64,000 bases of DNA. Origin: Candidatus Aenigmatarchaeota archaeon. GTDB taxonomy: Archaea > Aenigmatarchaeota > Aenigmatarchaeia > JACPZZ01. The translations under genes and the position numbers were made by a program. Where the stretch lies: contig JACPAF010000001.1 in NCBI GenBank assembly GCA_016180965.1, positions 223,513 through 287,512 on the forward strand, written 5' to 3'. This document shows, piece after piece, positions 38,861 through 48,416 of the stretch (position 1 is the first letter of the stretch; every line of letters starts with the position of its first letter). A model generated the notes under the pieces. It ran no database searches. It worked only from the letters and a program-made list of their open reading frames with translations, and was not told the DNA's origin.

Positions 38861-39631
38861 TTGAATACTAGCTTGATGCTAATCAATCTCAGTTTAACGA
38901 TGAAAAGCGGGCAAACCCCGGAATTTGTCTGGAGTGAGAAAGACGGGAATTTTTCCAGGCTGGTCGGCGGAAAGCTTTGCGAGATATGGCATGACGGCGA
39001 ATTGCATTTCACAAAGGGCTTCGAAGATTATGTTATGGAACTTTTGAGGAAAGACGATGATTTGGAAAAAATATATGAAAAAATAAACACAGACGAAGTT
39101 ATGAATAATGCAATAAAGAAGTATCGCGGTTTGCGCATAACGAAAAGCGACCCTTGGGAAACCACAGTTTCCTTCATTTGTTCTGTGAATAACAATATCA
39201 AACGAATACGGAAAAATGTGCAATCCTTGATGGTAAACGGAAATGTAATGACTCCGCAGGAAATATCGGACGCGGACATAAACCATGCACGCCTTGGATT
39301 CCGCGAGAAATTTTTAAAGAAAACTTCCGAAGCGATAATGGGCGGGCATTCGATTGAAGAAATTAAAAATATGAATTACGACACGGCTTTGGCACATCTC
39401 ACAAAACTTCACGGCATAGGCGATAAGGTAGCGAATTGCGTCTTGTTGTTCGGATACGGATTTTTGGAATCGTTTCCGATCGATACGTGGATACGCAAGA
39501 TAATGGTAAAAAATTATTTTGAAGGCAAGAAAACAAACGATAAAAAAATACGGGAATTTGCGCAGGCGCGCTGGGGAAAATATGCGGGTTATGCCAACCA
39601 ATATTTATTCTGTTATGCACGGGGACTTTGA
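38861..39631 (+). CDS. 8-oxoguanine DNA glycosylase (OGG1-type HhH-GPD)
   Basis: SFICSxNNNIKRI, HhH GIGDKVANC, FPIDTW, AGYANQYLF. Confidence 0.88.
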   Translation: MNTSLMLINLSLTMKSGQTPEFVWSEKDGNFSRLVGGKLCEIWHDGELHFTKGFEDYVMELLRKDDDLEKIYEKINTDEVMNNAIKKYRGLRITKSDPWETTVSFICSVNNNIKRIRKNVQSLMVNGNVMTPQEISDADINHARLGFREKFLKKTSEAIMGGHSIEEIKNMNYDTALAHLTKLHGIGDKVANCVLLFGYGFLESFPIDTWIRKIMVKNYFEGKKTNDKKIREFAQARWGKYAGYANQYLFCYARGL

Positions 39632-40071
39632 TGATATACCGTGAGAAACCCAAAGGATTTTCTTCTTCATCCCATTTTGTAGTTGGTTGCATTATTTGGG
39701 TTGATAAAAAAATGCTTCTGTTAAAAAGGGGTTCTGAGAAAACTTATCCAAATAAATGGGGCTTGCCCGGAGGAAAAGTTAACAAAGGAGAATCAACCGC
39801 AGACGCGGTGATACGCGAGGTGAAAGAAGAAACCGGAATTTCCTTATCGGCTGGCGAATTAAAATCAAATAGAATTTATTATGTAGTTCAAGACTATTTA
39901 AATTTTGTTTATGTTTTGTATATCAGCAAACTCGACGGCGTAAGTGAAATTAAATTGAACCCAAGGGAACACACAAATTATCATTGGTGCACGATAGAAG
40001 ATGTGTTTAAAATAAATTTGATGCCTGACACAGCGGATTGTATTAAGGATGTTATTTCGTTTCTTGATTAG
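39628..40071 (+). CDS. Nudix hydrolase (MutT-like)
   Basis: Nudix box GGKVNKGESTADAVIREVKEETG; coupled to the glycosylase gene. Confidence 0.88.
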   Translation: MMIYREKPKGFSSSSHFVVGCIIWVDKKMLLLKRGSEKTYPNKWGLPGGKVNKGESTADAVIREVKEETGISLSAGELKSNRIYYVVQDYLNFVYVLYISKLDGVSEIKLNPREHTNYHWCTIEDVFKINLMPDTADCIKDVISFLD

Positions 40072-40073
40072 CG

Positions 40074-40258
40074 GTTAGAATCACATCGAGGAAACTGAAA
40101 CATACGCTAGACAGTTAGAAGCATACCGATACAGTATACGGTATGCTTCAGTCTACGATGCGTATGTTTCTAGCAACCCGTGCTTCAGTTTATGGCGGTA
40201 TGATTCCAGTTGCAATGTCGACCGAAGCATATGCATACGAATAGCATATGCTTCTCGT
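40074..40258. repeat. Triple-nested palindromic mini-elements plus an adjacent copy
   Basis: Outer 40074-40189, middle 40094-40174, inner 40114-40152 in alternating orientation; further copy 40221-40258. Confidence 0.78.
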
Positions 40259-40263
40259 TACGA

Positions 40264-41112
40264 CTACCACACCTTGTTGAATTTCCAGCCGAGCTTTTGC
40301 GCATTTGATGTGTAATTTTTCATTATGTTTTCCATATCCGACGAGGTTTGGTTTTTCCCTATAATGTAATATGCGCACATTATCAGTCCTAGGTATGAGT
40401 CCATTTTTATTTTGTAAACGTTTTTGGTTCCGGTGTCGCAGTTCATGCAAAAATCCAAGCGGTCGTCGTTTGCGTGGAGAAGCATTCCGTGTTGTGCGGT
40501 TGATAGACCTTCACCGGCCGAGCCTAAACCAGCCAACGATTCGCCCACCTTCCTTGCAGACATTATCGCGGGCAGTTCGTATTTGTCCTCTGAAATGAAA
40601 AAAATGAATTTATATTTTCTGAGATCCGGCAGTTCCAAGTTTTTTATGTTTTCTTTTATATCGCCGACGTTTTCTTTCATTATCGCGTATATCATGGATG
40701 CGTATGTGCTCACGTTGTATGTCGGCGGTTCGTTGAACGAAGGAAAAATAAATATGTTTTCTTTTGGGAGGAATTCGCCGGCGGGAGGGTTGGGGTTGCA
40801 AGTCATTAAGTTGAAATTGAAACCGTTTTGTTTCAAGAACGAGGCCATGTTTATACCATCTTTGCCTCCGGAAGCGTTGATTATGCTTATTGAGGCGAAG
40901 TCCGAGGCGTGCCTGGATGATAAATATTCCTTGTAATTCGCCACGCTAACTGCGTTTCCGCCGAATTTCTTGGCAAATATGCCGGCCACGTTAGATGCGT
41001 TTCCGCTTCCAAGAAACAGGTTTTTGTTATCACGTTTCAACGGCAATGACGGGTAAGGCCAAGCTTCCAAGTTGTCAAGAGTTTTCATAACATACTGGTC
41101 GAGCGTTTCCAT
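40264..41112 (-). CDS. SIS-domain (sugar isomerase-like) protein
   Basis: FLGSGNAS, INASGGKD, LMTCN, KVGE...QHG patterns of tandem SIS domains. Confidence 0.65.
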   Translation of the reverse strand: METLDQYVMKTLDNLEAWPYPSLPLKRDNKNLFLGSGNASNVAGIFAKKFGGNAVSVANYKEYLSSRHASDFASISIINASGGKDGINMASFLKQNGFNFNLMTCNPNPPAGEFLPKENIFIFPSFNEPPTYNVSTYASMIYAIMKENVGDIKENIKNLELPDLRKYKFIFFISEDKYELPAIMSARKVGESLAGLGSAGEGLSTAQHGMLLHANDDRLDFCMNCDTGTKNVYKIKMDSYLGLIMCAYYIIGKNQTSSDMENIMKNYTSNAQKLGWKFNKVW

Positions 41113-41155
41113 GGTTGAGTATTACGTTGCCGAAGTTTAAATATCCTACTTTATC

Positions 41156-42706
41156 CTACCTTTCCAGAACAAAGAATTTCTTGTGGTTTTCGCCGTCCGG
41201 CACCTTTTCTATGAACATGCGGTCTTTCATTTTCGCGTAGACTCCTACAGGGTTCAGGCTTTCAGCGAGCCTAATAGCGTTGTGAAGCTTTCTGTCATCC
41301 TCGGCGTAAACTTCCATGATCACTTCCCCGTTTTTTACAGTATCGCCTATTTTTTTCCTGAACAAAACGCCCGCGCCCCTGTCTTTCGGAGTGCCTGCTT
41401 CACGCGAAATTTTTACAATATCGTGGTTGGCTATCCACCATATTGTTCCGCTGGTCTTGCTTTTTATTTCTGCTACATGCGATCCTACCTCTATGTCGCT
41501 TGGTTTTATTTTTGAATCGCCTCCCTGTTCGCCTATGATTTGTCTCAATTTGCGTTCTGCGGAACCGGATTTCAGAAGTTTGTAGGCAAGATCCTTGCCG
41601 TTTTTTTCGCCGGCCATTTCCAGCAGGACGCCTGCCACGCTCACGGCTTTTTCCACGAGGTCCGGAGACGATGAAATGTTGGATATTGTGCTGAGAGCTT
41701 CGCGTGCCTCCAGCGCAGGCCCGACACCGTAGCCGATGGGCTGTTCACCGAATGTCAGCACACAGTTGACGATTATGCCCATATTTTTTCCGAGTTCGAT
41801 GAAATTTTTTGCCAGCGATTGGGCTTCGCCTATGGTTTTTAATTTTGACCCTCGGCCTGTTGGCATATCGATTACTACATGGGTTGAACCGGCGGCCTTT
41901 TTCTTTGACATGACCGACGGCAACAGCAAAGGATCTATTGACAATGGGTATTCAACCTGTATGAACATGTCATCTGCCGGCGCCAAATCAACTGCGCCGC
42001 CCCACGCCAGGCATCCGTTTGTTTTTTCTACGGTGCGTAATATTTCGTCTACGCTTAACGTGACGGGGCATAAACATTCCACGCGGTCTGCGGTCCCGGC
42101 AGGCGATGTGATTGCACGGGAACTGGTTTTTGGTATTTTGTAACCGGCTGCGGCTATGATTGGTACGACTAACATAGTTGTTTTATCTCCTGGTACGCCT
42201 CCGAGGCTGTGCTTGTCTAAAATCATTTTTCCTTTTATCCCGAGTGTTTTTCCGGTTTCTGCCATTGATGCCGATAATGCAACAGTCTCGTCCATGGAAA
42301 GCCCGTTGAAATGCAACGATGATACGAACGCGGTCAATTCGATGTCCGATAATTTTCTATCTACGGTGTCTTTTACTATTGTGAACATTTCCTGTTTGTT
42401 GAGGCGTGCGCCGTTCATTTTTTTCGTTATAAACTCAAGCGAACGCGGGGCTTCTGCCGGGGACACGTTGGCAGGGTCGCCCGTTTTTATTGAAAGCGCC
42501 TCTTCGACTTCTTTATAGAGCCCGATGGAGCCTTTACCGACCCAGGTTTTTGATATATCTACGACACATATTGCTTCGCGGTTATTGAAAGAAACCTTTA
42601 CGCGGTCGGTCGAATGTATCCCCATTTCCGCGGCATCGAGATAATTTAACATTACTACAAGGACGCTTCCGGATTCTATACCAGTCAATTTCGATTTTAG
42701 CTGCAT
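41156..42706 (-). CDS. AMP phosphorylase
   Basis: DKHSLGGVPG, KTSSRAITSPAGTAD, LAPADD, GPALEAREAL and N-terminal double-psi domain. Confidence 0.95.
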   Translation of the reverse strand: MQLKSKLTGIESGSVLVVMLNYLDAAEMGIHSTDRVKVSFNNREAICVVDISKTWVGKGSIGLYKEVEEALSIKTGDPANVSPAEAPRSLEFITKKMNGARLNKQEMFTIVKDTVDRKLSDIELTAFVSSLHFNGLSMDETVALSASMAETGKTLGIKGKMILDKHSLGGVPGDKTTMLVVPIIAAAGYKIPKTSSRAITSPAGTADRVECLCPVTLSVDEILRTVEKTNGCLAWGGAVDLAPADDMFIQVEYPLSIDPLLLPSVMSKKKAAGSTHVVIDMPTGRGSKLKTIGEAQSLAKNFIELGKNMGIIVNCVLTFGEQPIGYGVGPALEAREALSTISNISSSPDLVEKAVSVAGVLLEMAGEKNGKDLAYKLLKSGSAERKLRQIIGEQGGDSKIKPSDIEVGSHVAEIKSKTSGTIWWIANHDIVKISREAGTPKDRGAGVLFRKKIGDTVKNGEVIMEVYAEDDRKLHNAIRLAESLNPVGVYAKMKDRMFIEKVPDGENHKKFFVLER

Positions 42707-42711
42707 GCCAA

Positions 42712-43599
42712 TCACTTTTCAAGGAATCTGTAAACGCTTTGCGGCGGTATTATGCCCAATTCGGTTATTATTCCGTTTATTCTATCCGCCGAGATAACAT
42801 CGAATGCGGGATTTCTTACCTTTACGCCTTTGATTTTTTTTGTTAGGATTTCCTTGGCGGGACGCTCTTCGATAGGTTCTAAAAAACCTTTCGCAGTCTC
42901 CGGGTCTATCTTATGGGTCGCGGCCGCAACGTAGAAAGGTTTTTTTTGCTCTTCCGCAATCAATGCTATTGTTGAAGAGCCGATTTTGTTGACTACGTCC
43001 CCGGTCGATGTTATCGCGTCTGCCCCCACAATTACCAGTTCGCATTTTTTAATGAAAGTCCTGGCAGCGGAATCTACGATCAGAGTCACGGGTATGTGCA
43101 TTTCCGCAACTTGACCCGCAGTTAACAATCCTTGGTTTAACGGGCGCGTTTCCGTGCATATTACTTTGAATTTCTTGCCGTCCATTTTTGCGCGCCGGAA
43201 TATTTCCATAACTGTGTTGGAATGGCAATGCGTGAACACGGTCGCGTTGTTCGGTATGCGCCTTGCCCCTATCTCCCCGATCTTTGTTATCGTGTTTTCG
43301 ATGTTTTCGGAGAAATTTTTAATTTCGTCAGACAACATTTTTTTGATTTGCTGTACATCTGCAGCTTTGTAAATCCTTCTAAGGACAAAACTTATTGAAT
43401 TTCTTAAAGCCGGTTCTGTGGGCCTTGCCGACGCGACTGTCCTGGATTTTGCTTTTAATTTATTTATAAAACTTTTTTTATCCCCGGATTTTATCTCCGA
43501 TGCATAAAGGTTAATCGCATTTAGCCCGGCGATTGCAACGTTTTTTGCACCCTGTATTTCGAGAGATTTTATTTTTTTTACGAGTGTTTCGGCGTCCAT
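42712..43599 (-). CDS. Ribose-1,5-bisphosphate isomerase (eIF-2B-like)
   Basis: IQGA, RPTEP, THCHS, ETRP, GADAI, NKIG, NPAFD; directly upstream of AMP phosphorylase. Confidence 0.92.
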   Translation of the reverse strand: MDAETLVKKIKSLEIQGAKNVAIAGLNAINLYASEIKSGDKKSFINKLKAKSRTVASARPTEPALRNSISFVLRRIYKAADVQQIKKMLSDEIKNFSENIENTITKIGEIGARRIPNNATVFTHCHSNTVMEIFRRAKMDGKKFKVICTETRPLNQGLLTAGQVAEMHIPVTLIVDSAARTFIKKCELVIVGADAITSTGDVVNKIGSSTIALIAEEQKKPFYVAAATHKIDPETAKGFLEPIEERPAKEILTKKIKGVKVRNPAFDVISADRINGIITELGIIPPQSVYRFLEK

Positions 43600-43633
43600 A
43601 GTATTAATTGGGCGGGTTCACATAAAGCTATTC

Positions 43634-44254
43634 ATGGACGCGGCCAAAAATGCCAAAGACAAGCTCATAGAAGAGCTTCGGTCGGAGGGATATATAAAAA
43701 GCGGACGCGTTTTGGAGGCCTTCAAAAAAATAGACCGCGCGCATTTTGTTTTGGATGTGCATAAGAAGGCTGCTTATTCAGACTATCCGTTACCGATACC
43801 GGGCAATGCAACTATTTCCGCCCCGCATATGCATGCCATACAACTTGGGCTAATTCGCCTAAAAGAAAACGATGACGTTCTTGAAGTCGGGTTCGGCTCG
43901 GGAATATTGCTGGCTTATATCAGCCAAATGACAGCAGGCAGGATAGTGGGCACGGAGATAAACAAAGAAACGTTCGATTTTGGAAAAAAGAATTTGGAAC
44001 GCGCCGGTTTTGAAAATATAACATTGTTGAACGAAGATGCCATCCGATCTTCCGTAGGCAAGTTTGATAAAATAGTGGTTAGCGCGGCCGCGAAATCGAT
44101 ACCAAAAAAATTGATTGACATGTTGAAAGACGGAGGCCTAATGATAATTCCTGTGGGAGAGTATTTACAGAGGCTTTTTGTGCTGGAAAAGAAAAACGGA
44201 AAAATTACAAGACGGGACGCCGGCGGAGTGGCGTTTGTGCCTTTGACCAGCTAG
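43634..44254 (+). CDS. pcm: Protein-L-isoaspartate O-methyltransferase
   Basis: AYSDYPLPI, TISAPHMHA, LEVGFGSG, FVPL. Confidence 0.92.
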   Translation: MDAAKNAKDKLIEELRSEGYIKSGRVLEAFKKIDRAHFVLDVHKKAAYSDYPLPIPGNATISAPHMHAIQLGLIRLKENDDVLEVGFGSGILLAYISQMTAGRIVGTEINKETFDFGKKNLERAGFENITLLNEDAIRSSVGKFDKIVVSAAAKSIPKKLIDMLKDGGLMIIPVGEYLQRLFVLEKKNGKITRRDAGGVAFVPLTS

Positions 44255-44276
44255 AATCATAGCTGCTTGAAACATT

Positions 44277-45195
44277 CTAGTTACCCGTTAGCCACGAACT
44301 TAACGTTTTGCGATTTCCCGGGGATTTTTTCTTAATGTTTTCAAGAACTTTTTCCACGCGCTCCTCGGAGAATGAATGCTCGGCGATCATCATGTTTTTT
44401 ATCCCTTCTTCGTTTGGTTTTGACCACCTTATCTCGTAGTTGTCTTCTACTGGTGGTTTGAGGAAAAAATCCAAGACCATTTGGGGGTCGTACGGGCTGA
44501 AATCTATTTCCATGAATATTTCGTCCGCACTTTTTGTGCGGACCAGTTGCAGCGCTTTTTTCGGCCCTATTCCTTTGATACCGCCGGGATTGAAATCTGT
44601 GCCGACCAGAATACCCAGCACGATTAATTTTTCCTGGGTCAGGCCGAGAGAGTTTAAATTTTTCCCCAATTCTATCATCTCCGGCTTCACTTCAATATAA
44701 GTTTCCTTGTTCGGCAGCTTTTTTCTTCCCGTTATTGTTAAATTCCGTACGAGTCTTGGAGACCCGAATAGGAGGGAATCGTAATCCTGCGACCCGGTCG
44801 CGAATGCGTCTCCGCGCTTTGTCATGTGTGCGGCCTGCGCTTCGGCTTCGCTCGGCGCCTGCATTATTGGAATTCCCATCAATTCAAGCAATTTTTTGGA
44901 TTCGGATACCATGTCCTTTGTCAATCTTGACGTTTTTGAATGCCGGCGGCTTGCCATCGAAAACGAAGATTGGCATTAGCCCGGCTTCGACAAATTTGGA
45001 AGTGCGGTAAAACAATCCGGACAGGTGCGAGGTTACGCGCCCGGCAGAATCCATTAAGGGGGTCCCATCGGGCTGCCTTATACTTGATAAAAACTGATAC
45101 AGTGTGTTGTAAGCGTCAATCGCTATCGTCTTGTTAACCAGGTTATCCAGTTCTATTTGTGTACGTTCCATTATGTTCGATATTTGTACGCCCAT
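44277..45195 (-). CDS. fen: Flap endonuclease 1, with internal deletion and frameshift near 44935
   Basis: [17 protein letters not shown] in one frame; [25 protein letters not shown] and PIP-like tail in another. Confidence 0.92.
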
Positions 45196-45281
45196 TGAAC
45201 CACCTTGATTTTGTATTATGCCAAACCGGTTTATAAGCCCCATCACGTGCGGGATATTAAAAAGCCAGCACAAGTTATATT

Positions 45282-46088
45282 ATGGCGATACCGGCGGCAA
45301 AAAAGAAATTCGACGACACGGTACGCGCGCCGTCGCTAAACTCCATACTCATTTTCAGCGTAATTGCCATAACATTCTTTTCCACTTTCCTTGTCTCAAA
45401 ATTGGACAACACAAGGGTTGACGATGCCCTTTATTGGACGCTGTGTTCGATAACAAGCGCCAACTGTTTTGTCAGCCAGCAATTTTATTACCTTCCGGTC
45501 GTCAGGATATTTTCAGTTATAAATGGGATTGCGTTTATAGTTATTATATCGTTTTTGTCTGCCAATATTGTGGACAGGCTTGGACGAGTGGACCTGAGGG
45601 GAAACAGTTTGAGAAAAAAACTTGAAGATTTGAAAGACCATTTTATTATCTGCGGTTATGGGAGGGTGGGCGAAAAGATATCCAGCGTTATGAGATCGCA
45701 CGGCATTTCTTTTGTAATAGTCGATAAGGATCCTGAAACTATCAAGGAATTGAACGAGTTAGGAGGATTGACGGTCGAAGGCAACGCACTCGATCCGCGC
45801 GTCCTGGAGCGGGCGGGCATAAAACGTGCTCGCGGCCTGATAGCGGTTTTGAACACGGATTCCGATAATATTTCTCTGGTATTGACGGCCAACGATATTA
45901 ATCCTAACATACTCATCGGCGCGCGCGCCGATTCTGAGGCTGCGATTAGAAGATTGCATCGCGCAGGCGCGGAAATTGTTGTTTTGCCCGAGATAGTTGG
46001 CGGTTTGCAGTTGGCCAAGGAGGTTCTTGAACTGGAGGAAGTTGAAGAACATGACCTGGTTAGCAGGAAAAAATTCAAGCAGGAATGA
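45282..46088 (+). CDS. 2-TM channel-like protein with RCK/TrkA-N domain, lacking the K+ filter signature
   Basis: DALYW pore helix, HFIICGYGRVG Rossmann motif; no TVGYG. Confidence 0.82.
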   Translation: MAIPAAKKKFDDTVRAPSLNSILIFSVIAITFFSTFLVSKLDNTRVDDALYWTLCSITSANCFVSQQFYYLPVVRIFSVINGIAFIVIISFLSANIVDRLGRVDLRGNSLRKKLEDLKDHFIICGYGRVGEKISSVMRSHGISFVIVDKDPETIKELNELGGLTVEGNALDPRVLERAGIKRARGLIAVLNTDSDNISLVLTANDINPNILIGARADSEAAIRRLHRAGAEIVVLPEIVGGLQLAKEVLELEEVEEHDLVSRKKFKQE

Positions 46089-46116
46089 ACCGATTTTTGT
46101 TTCTGTGTGATTAGCC

Positions 46117-46287
46117 ATGGAAAAAATTTCATTGTGCCAAAGTTGTTCGGGCGTTGCGAAATTAAAAAACTGCAATAGTTGTTACGCCACGGTCTGCGAT
46201 AATTGCGCGTACACTCTTGGATGTAAATTATGCATGGGCGGGCGACGCATGCGAACATCGGATAAAAATTCGTTGGGTTTTTCCTAG
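46117..46287 (+). CDS. 56-aa zinc-finger microprotein (four CxxC)
   Basis: Manual translation MEKISLCQSCSGVAKLKNCNSCYATVCDNCAYTLGCKLCMGG... Confidence 0.72.
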   Translation: MEKISLCQSCSGVAKLKNCNSCYATVCDNCAYTLGCKLCMGGRRMRTSDKNSLGFS

Positions 46288-46333
46288 ACAACGAAAATCC
46301 AACCGATTTTCGTGGGTAGAAAACCTCGGTTTT

Positions 46334-46591
46334 CTACCATAAAGTCCTGTTGACTTCGGTTATTTCGGCTTCTGCGACGCCAACTATGTTTTTTACGGAT
46401 TTTTCAAGCTCTTCCGTCCCGCCTTCCGCATCCGGAACTACGAAGTAGGATATTAAAACGTTCAATCCGAATGCCATAGGTTCGGTAACAACCTTCTTGG
46501 AGCCGAGTTTTAACAACGCAGACTTGATCTTTTCCAGATCCGTTTCAACGCCTTCGGGCATTACACGAAAAGTTACCATTACATTTCCCAT
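46334..46591 (-). CDS. ef1b: Translation elongation factor 1-beta
   Basis: FRVMPE, EPMAFGL, EGGTE. Confidence 0.95.
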   Translation of the reverse strand: MGNVMVTFRVMPEGVETDLEKIKSALLKLGSKKVVTEPMAFGLNVLISYFVVPDAEGGTEELEKSVKNIVGVAEAEITEVNRTLW

Positions 46592-46602
46592 TTGATCACC
46601 GT

Positions 46603-46640
46603 CTGAATCATGCCGTATGCAGCATCGGCACGATTCTAGT
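46603..46640. repeat. Palindromic mini-element copy
   Basis: CTGAATCATGCCG...CGGCACGATTCTAGT. Confidence 0.65.
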
Positions 46641-46643
46641 TAC

Positions 46644-46838
46644 TCACGGCCCCTCAAAGCCGCATTTTTTGCATTTGTAATTGTTGCTCAGGTTTTTGCA
46701 TTTTTCGCATCGCCTGATTAAATCTCCGTTGCAATTGGGGCAAAGAAATTCGACGAATGAGCCTGTATAAATCGCAGCAGACCCGCAGGCAGTGCATAAT
46801 TTTTTATCGTTGACCTCCGCTATTGTTTGCTGTTCCAT
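46644..46838 (-). CDS. Zn-ribbon protein (DUF1610 family)
   Basis: CTAC, FLCPNC, RCEKC, YKCKKCGFEGP; upstream of EF-1beta as in many archaea. Confidence 0.9.
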   Translation of the reverse strand: MEQQTIAEVNDKKLCTACGSAAIYTGSFVEFLCPNCNGDLIRRCEKCKNLSNNYKCKKCGFEGP

Positions 46839-46907
46839 AGTATCGTATTACTTATTCGAGGCGATGTATTTAAACCTTCTTTCAAACAAGTTTCTTAGAA
46901 CGAGAAT

Positions 46908-46981
46908 GCCCCTGTGGTCCAGCTTGGATAAGACAAGAGGTTGCGGACCTCTAAACCTGGGTTCAAATCCCGGCGGGGGCA
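46908..46981 (+). tRNA. tRNA-Arg(GCG), no intron
   Basis: GCCCCTG acceptor, AGAGG-TTGCGGA-CCTCT anticodon arm, CTGGG-TTCAAAT-CCCGG T arm; TTTAAA upstream. Confidence 0.95.
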
Positions 46982-47030
46982 ATTTATTAGTAAATGCAGG
47001 CGTATTATTATTTGAGCTGGATTTGTTAAA

Positions 47031-47366
47031 ATGATTGAAATTATTGCGAGTGCGTTTTTTGGCCTGCTTATTGCGTCGTTAGGTGCATGGAAAGACACTC
47101 TTTGGGAGCCTTTTATACTGAGAAAATTTTTCAGAAGCCCGATAATTACGACGTTCTGGGGATGGGTAATTTCAAATATTTCCTTTTTCCAGGGTTCCCA
47201 TTGGCTGTTGATGGCCATGGCAGCGGTCACGATGGAGCGTCTTACGGTTGAAACGTGGAAGGCTTTGTTCCGCAAGATGCCTGGAAAATTCAAGAGGAAA
47301 AAAATTAGGGACACTTTGTGGCTTCCTGAAAGAATTAACCAGATAAAAAAATCCTTCTCCAGATAA
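47031..47366 (+). CDS. Small membrane protein
   Basis: Hydrophobic segments; no recognised family. Confidence 0.6.
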   Translation: MIEIIASAFFGLLIASLGAWKDTLWEPFILRKFFRSPIITTFWGWVISNISFFQGSHWLLMAMAAVTMERLTVETWKALFRKMPGKFKRKKIRDTLWLPERINQIKKSFSR

Positions 47367-47387
47367 TTTTTATATTTTTTGTCCCGG

Positions 47388-47870
47388 TTATTTGAAAATA
47401 TTCAGCACCCACGACAGGCCGTAGAAACCGGCTATCGATATTGTTGTCATTTTGATGAAATTACCTATCAATGTTGCCACGTAAAATTTTTTCAAGTCGT
47501 ATTTGGACAACCCGCATATGATCCCTACGAGATCAAAAATGAAAGGTAAGGATGCAAATAATATTATCATAAAGAACGGGTTGTGTTTCCTGAGCACGGA
47601 GTTGATGCGGTTTGCGAGTTTTTTGTCCTTCTTTTTTATGATGTAATGGCCGCCATAGCCGGCTAGGTAACCTGTTAATTCCCCCAAAGAACTGCCCAAG
47701 GCAGCAAATAAACCTACCAGCAGGGGGTTCAATATAGAGCCGTATAGGAAGACAATAACTGCGCCGGGCAACGGCAATACTATGGTTGACGAACTTATCA
47801 GCGTCGCTGCAAATATTCCCAGATATCCCCATTGGCCCGCCAAAATATTGGACAACGAAGAGAAATCCAT
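47388..47870 (-). CDS. DedA/VTT (SNARE-associated) membrane protein
   Basis: LPLPG, GSSLGELTGYLAG, FDLVGIICG. Confidence 0.85.
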   Translation of the reverse strand: MDFSSLSNILAGQWGYLGIFAATLISSSTIVLPLPGAVIVFLYGSILNPLLVGLFAALGSSLGELTGYLAGYGGHYIIKKKDKKLANRINSVLRKHNPFFMIILFASLPFIFDLVGIICGLSKYDLKKFYVATLIGNFIKMTTISIAGFYGLSWVLNIFK

Positions 47871-47902
47871 AATATATATTTCGATTAGTTTTTATTAATC
47901 GT

Positions 47903-48415
47903 ATGATCGATGTTATCGGGGCTTTCTGGTTGATATTGCCGGCCTATTTTGCAAACGCCAGCGCGACCCTGGCTAAAGGAAAGTTAAGGATGGATTTCTC
48001 CAAGAATTTTTTCGACGGGCAGCCTTTGTTCGGTGCGGGTAAAACTTTTGAAGGTTTTTTATTCGGTATTTCTGTGGGAACATTAATAGGACTGTTCCAG
48101 CAATTTTTACAGCAGGCGTACGGGCTTGGCTTTTCTTTTTCCGCGGGCTTCTTTTCTTCGGCGTTGATGTCTTTCGGGGCGCTTTCTGGAGATTTAGCGG
48201 GAAGCTTTATCAAGCGCCGTATGAAATTAAAACGCGGCGAGCCCGTTCTTCTGTTGGACCAGCTGGATTTTGTGTTCGGAGCCGTATTTTTCACATCATT
48301 GTTTTACACCCTCGGTTTGGACACGGTTATGCTGATAATAATAATGACACCGTTAATACACCTAACCGCCAATGTTCTCGGGTATAGGATGAAATTAAAA
48401 AGGGAGCCTTGGTAA
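47903..48415 (+). CDS. carS: CDP-archaeol synthase
   Basis: PAYFANA, GKTFEG, GDLAGSFIKRR, LDQLDF, KREPW. Confidence 0.93.
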   Translation: MIDVIGAFWLILPAYFANASATLAKGKLRMDFSKNFFDGQPLFGAGKTFEGFLFGISVGTLIGLFQQFLQQAYGLGFSFSAGFFSSALMSFGALSGDLAGSFIKRRMKLKRGEPVLLLDQLDFVFGAVFFTSLFYTLGLDTVMLIIIMTPLIHLTANVLGYRMKLKREPW

Positions 48416-48416
48416 T

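Noticed and set aside
40074-40258. Possible CRISPR array or integron attC sites
   Set aside because: Copies are nested or dispersed rather than regularly spaced with spacers; no cas or integrase gene; TTCTAAC and GTTAGAA are not in attC order
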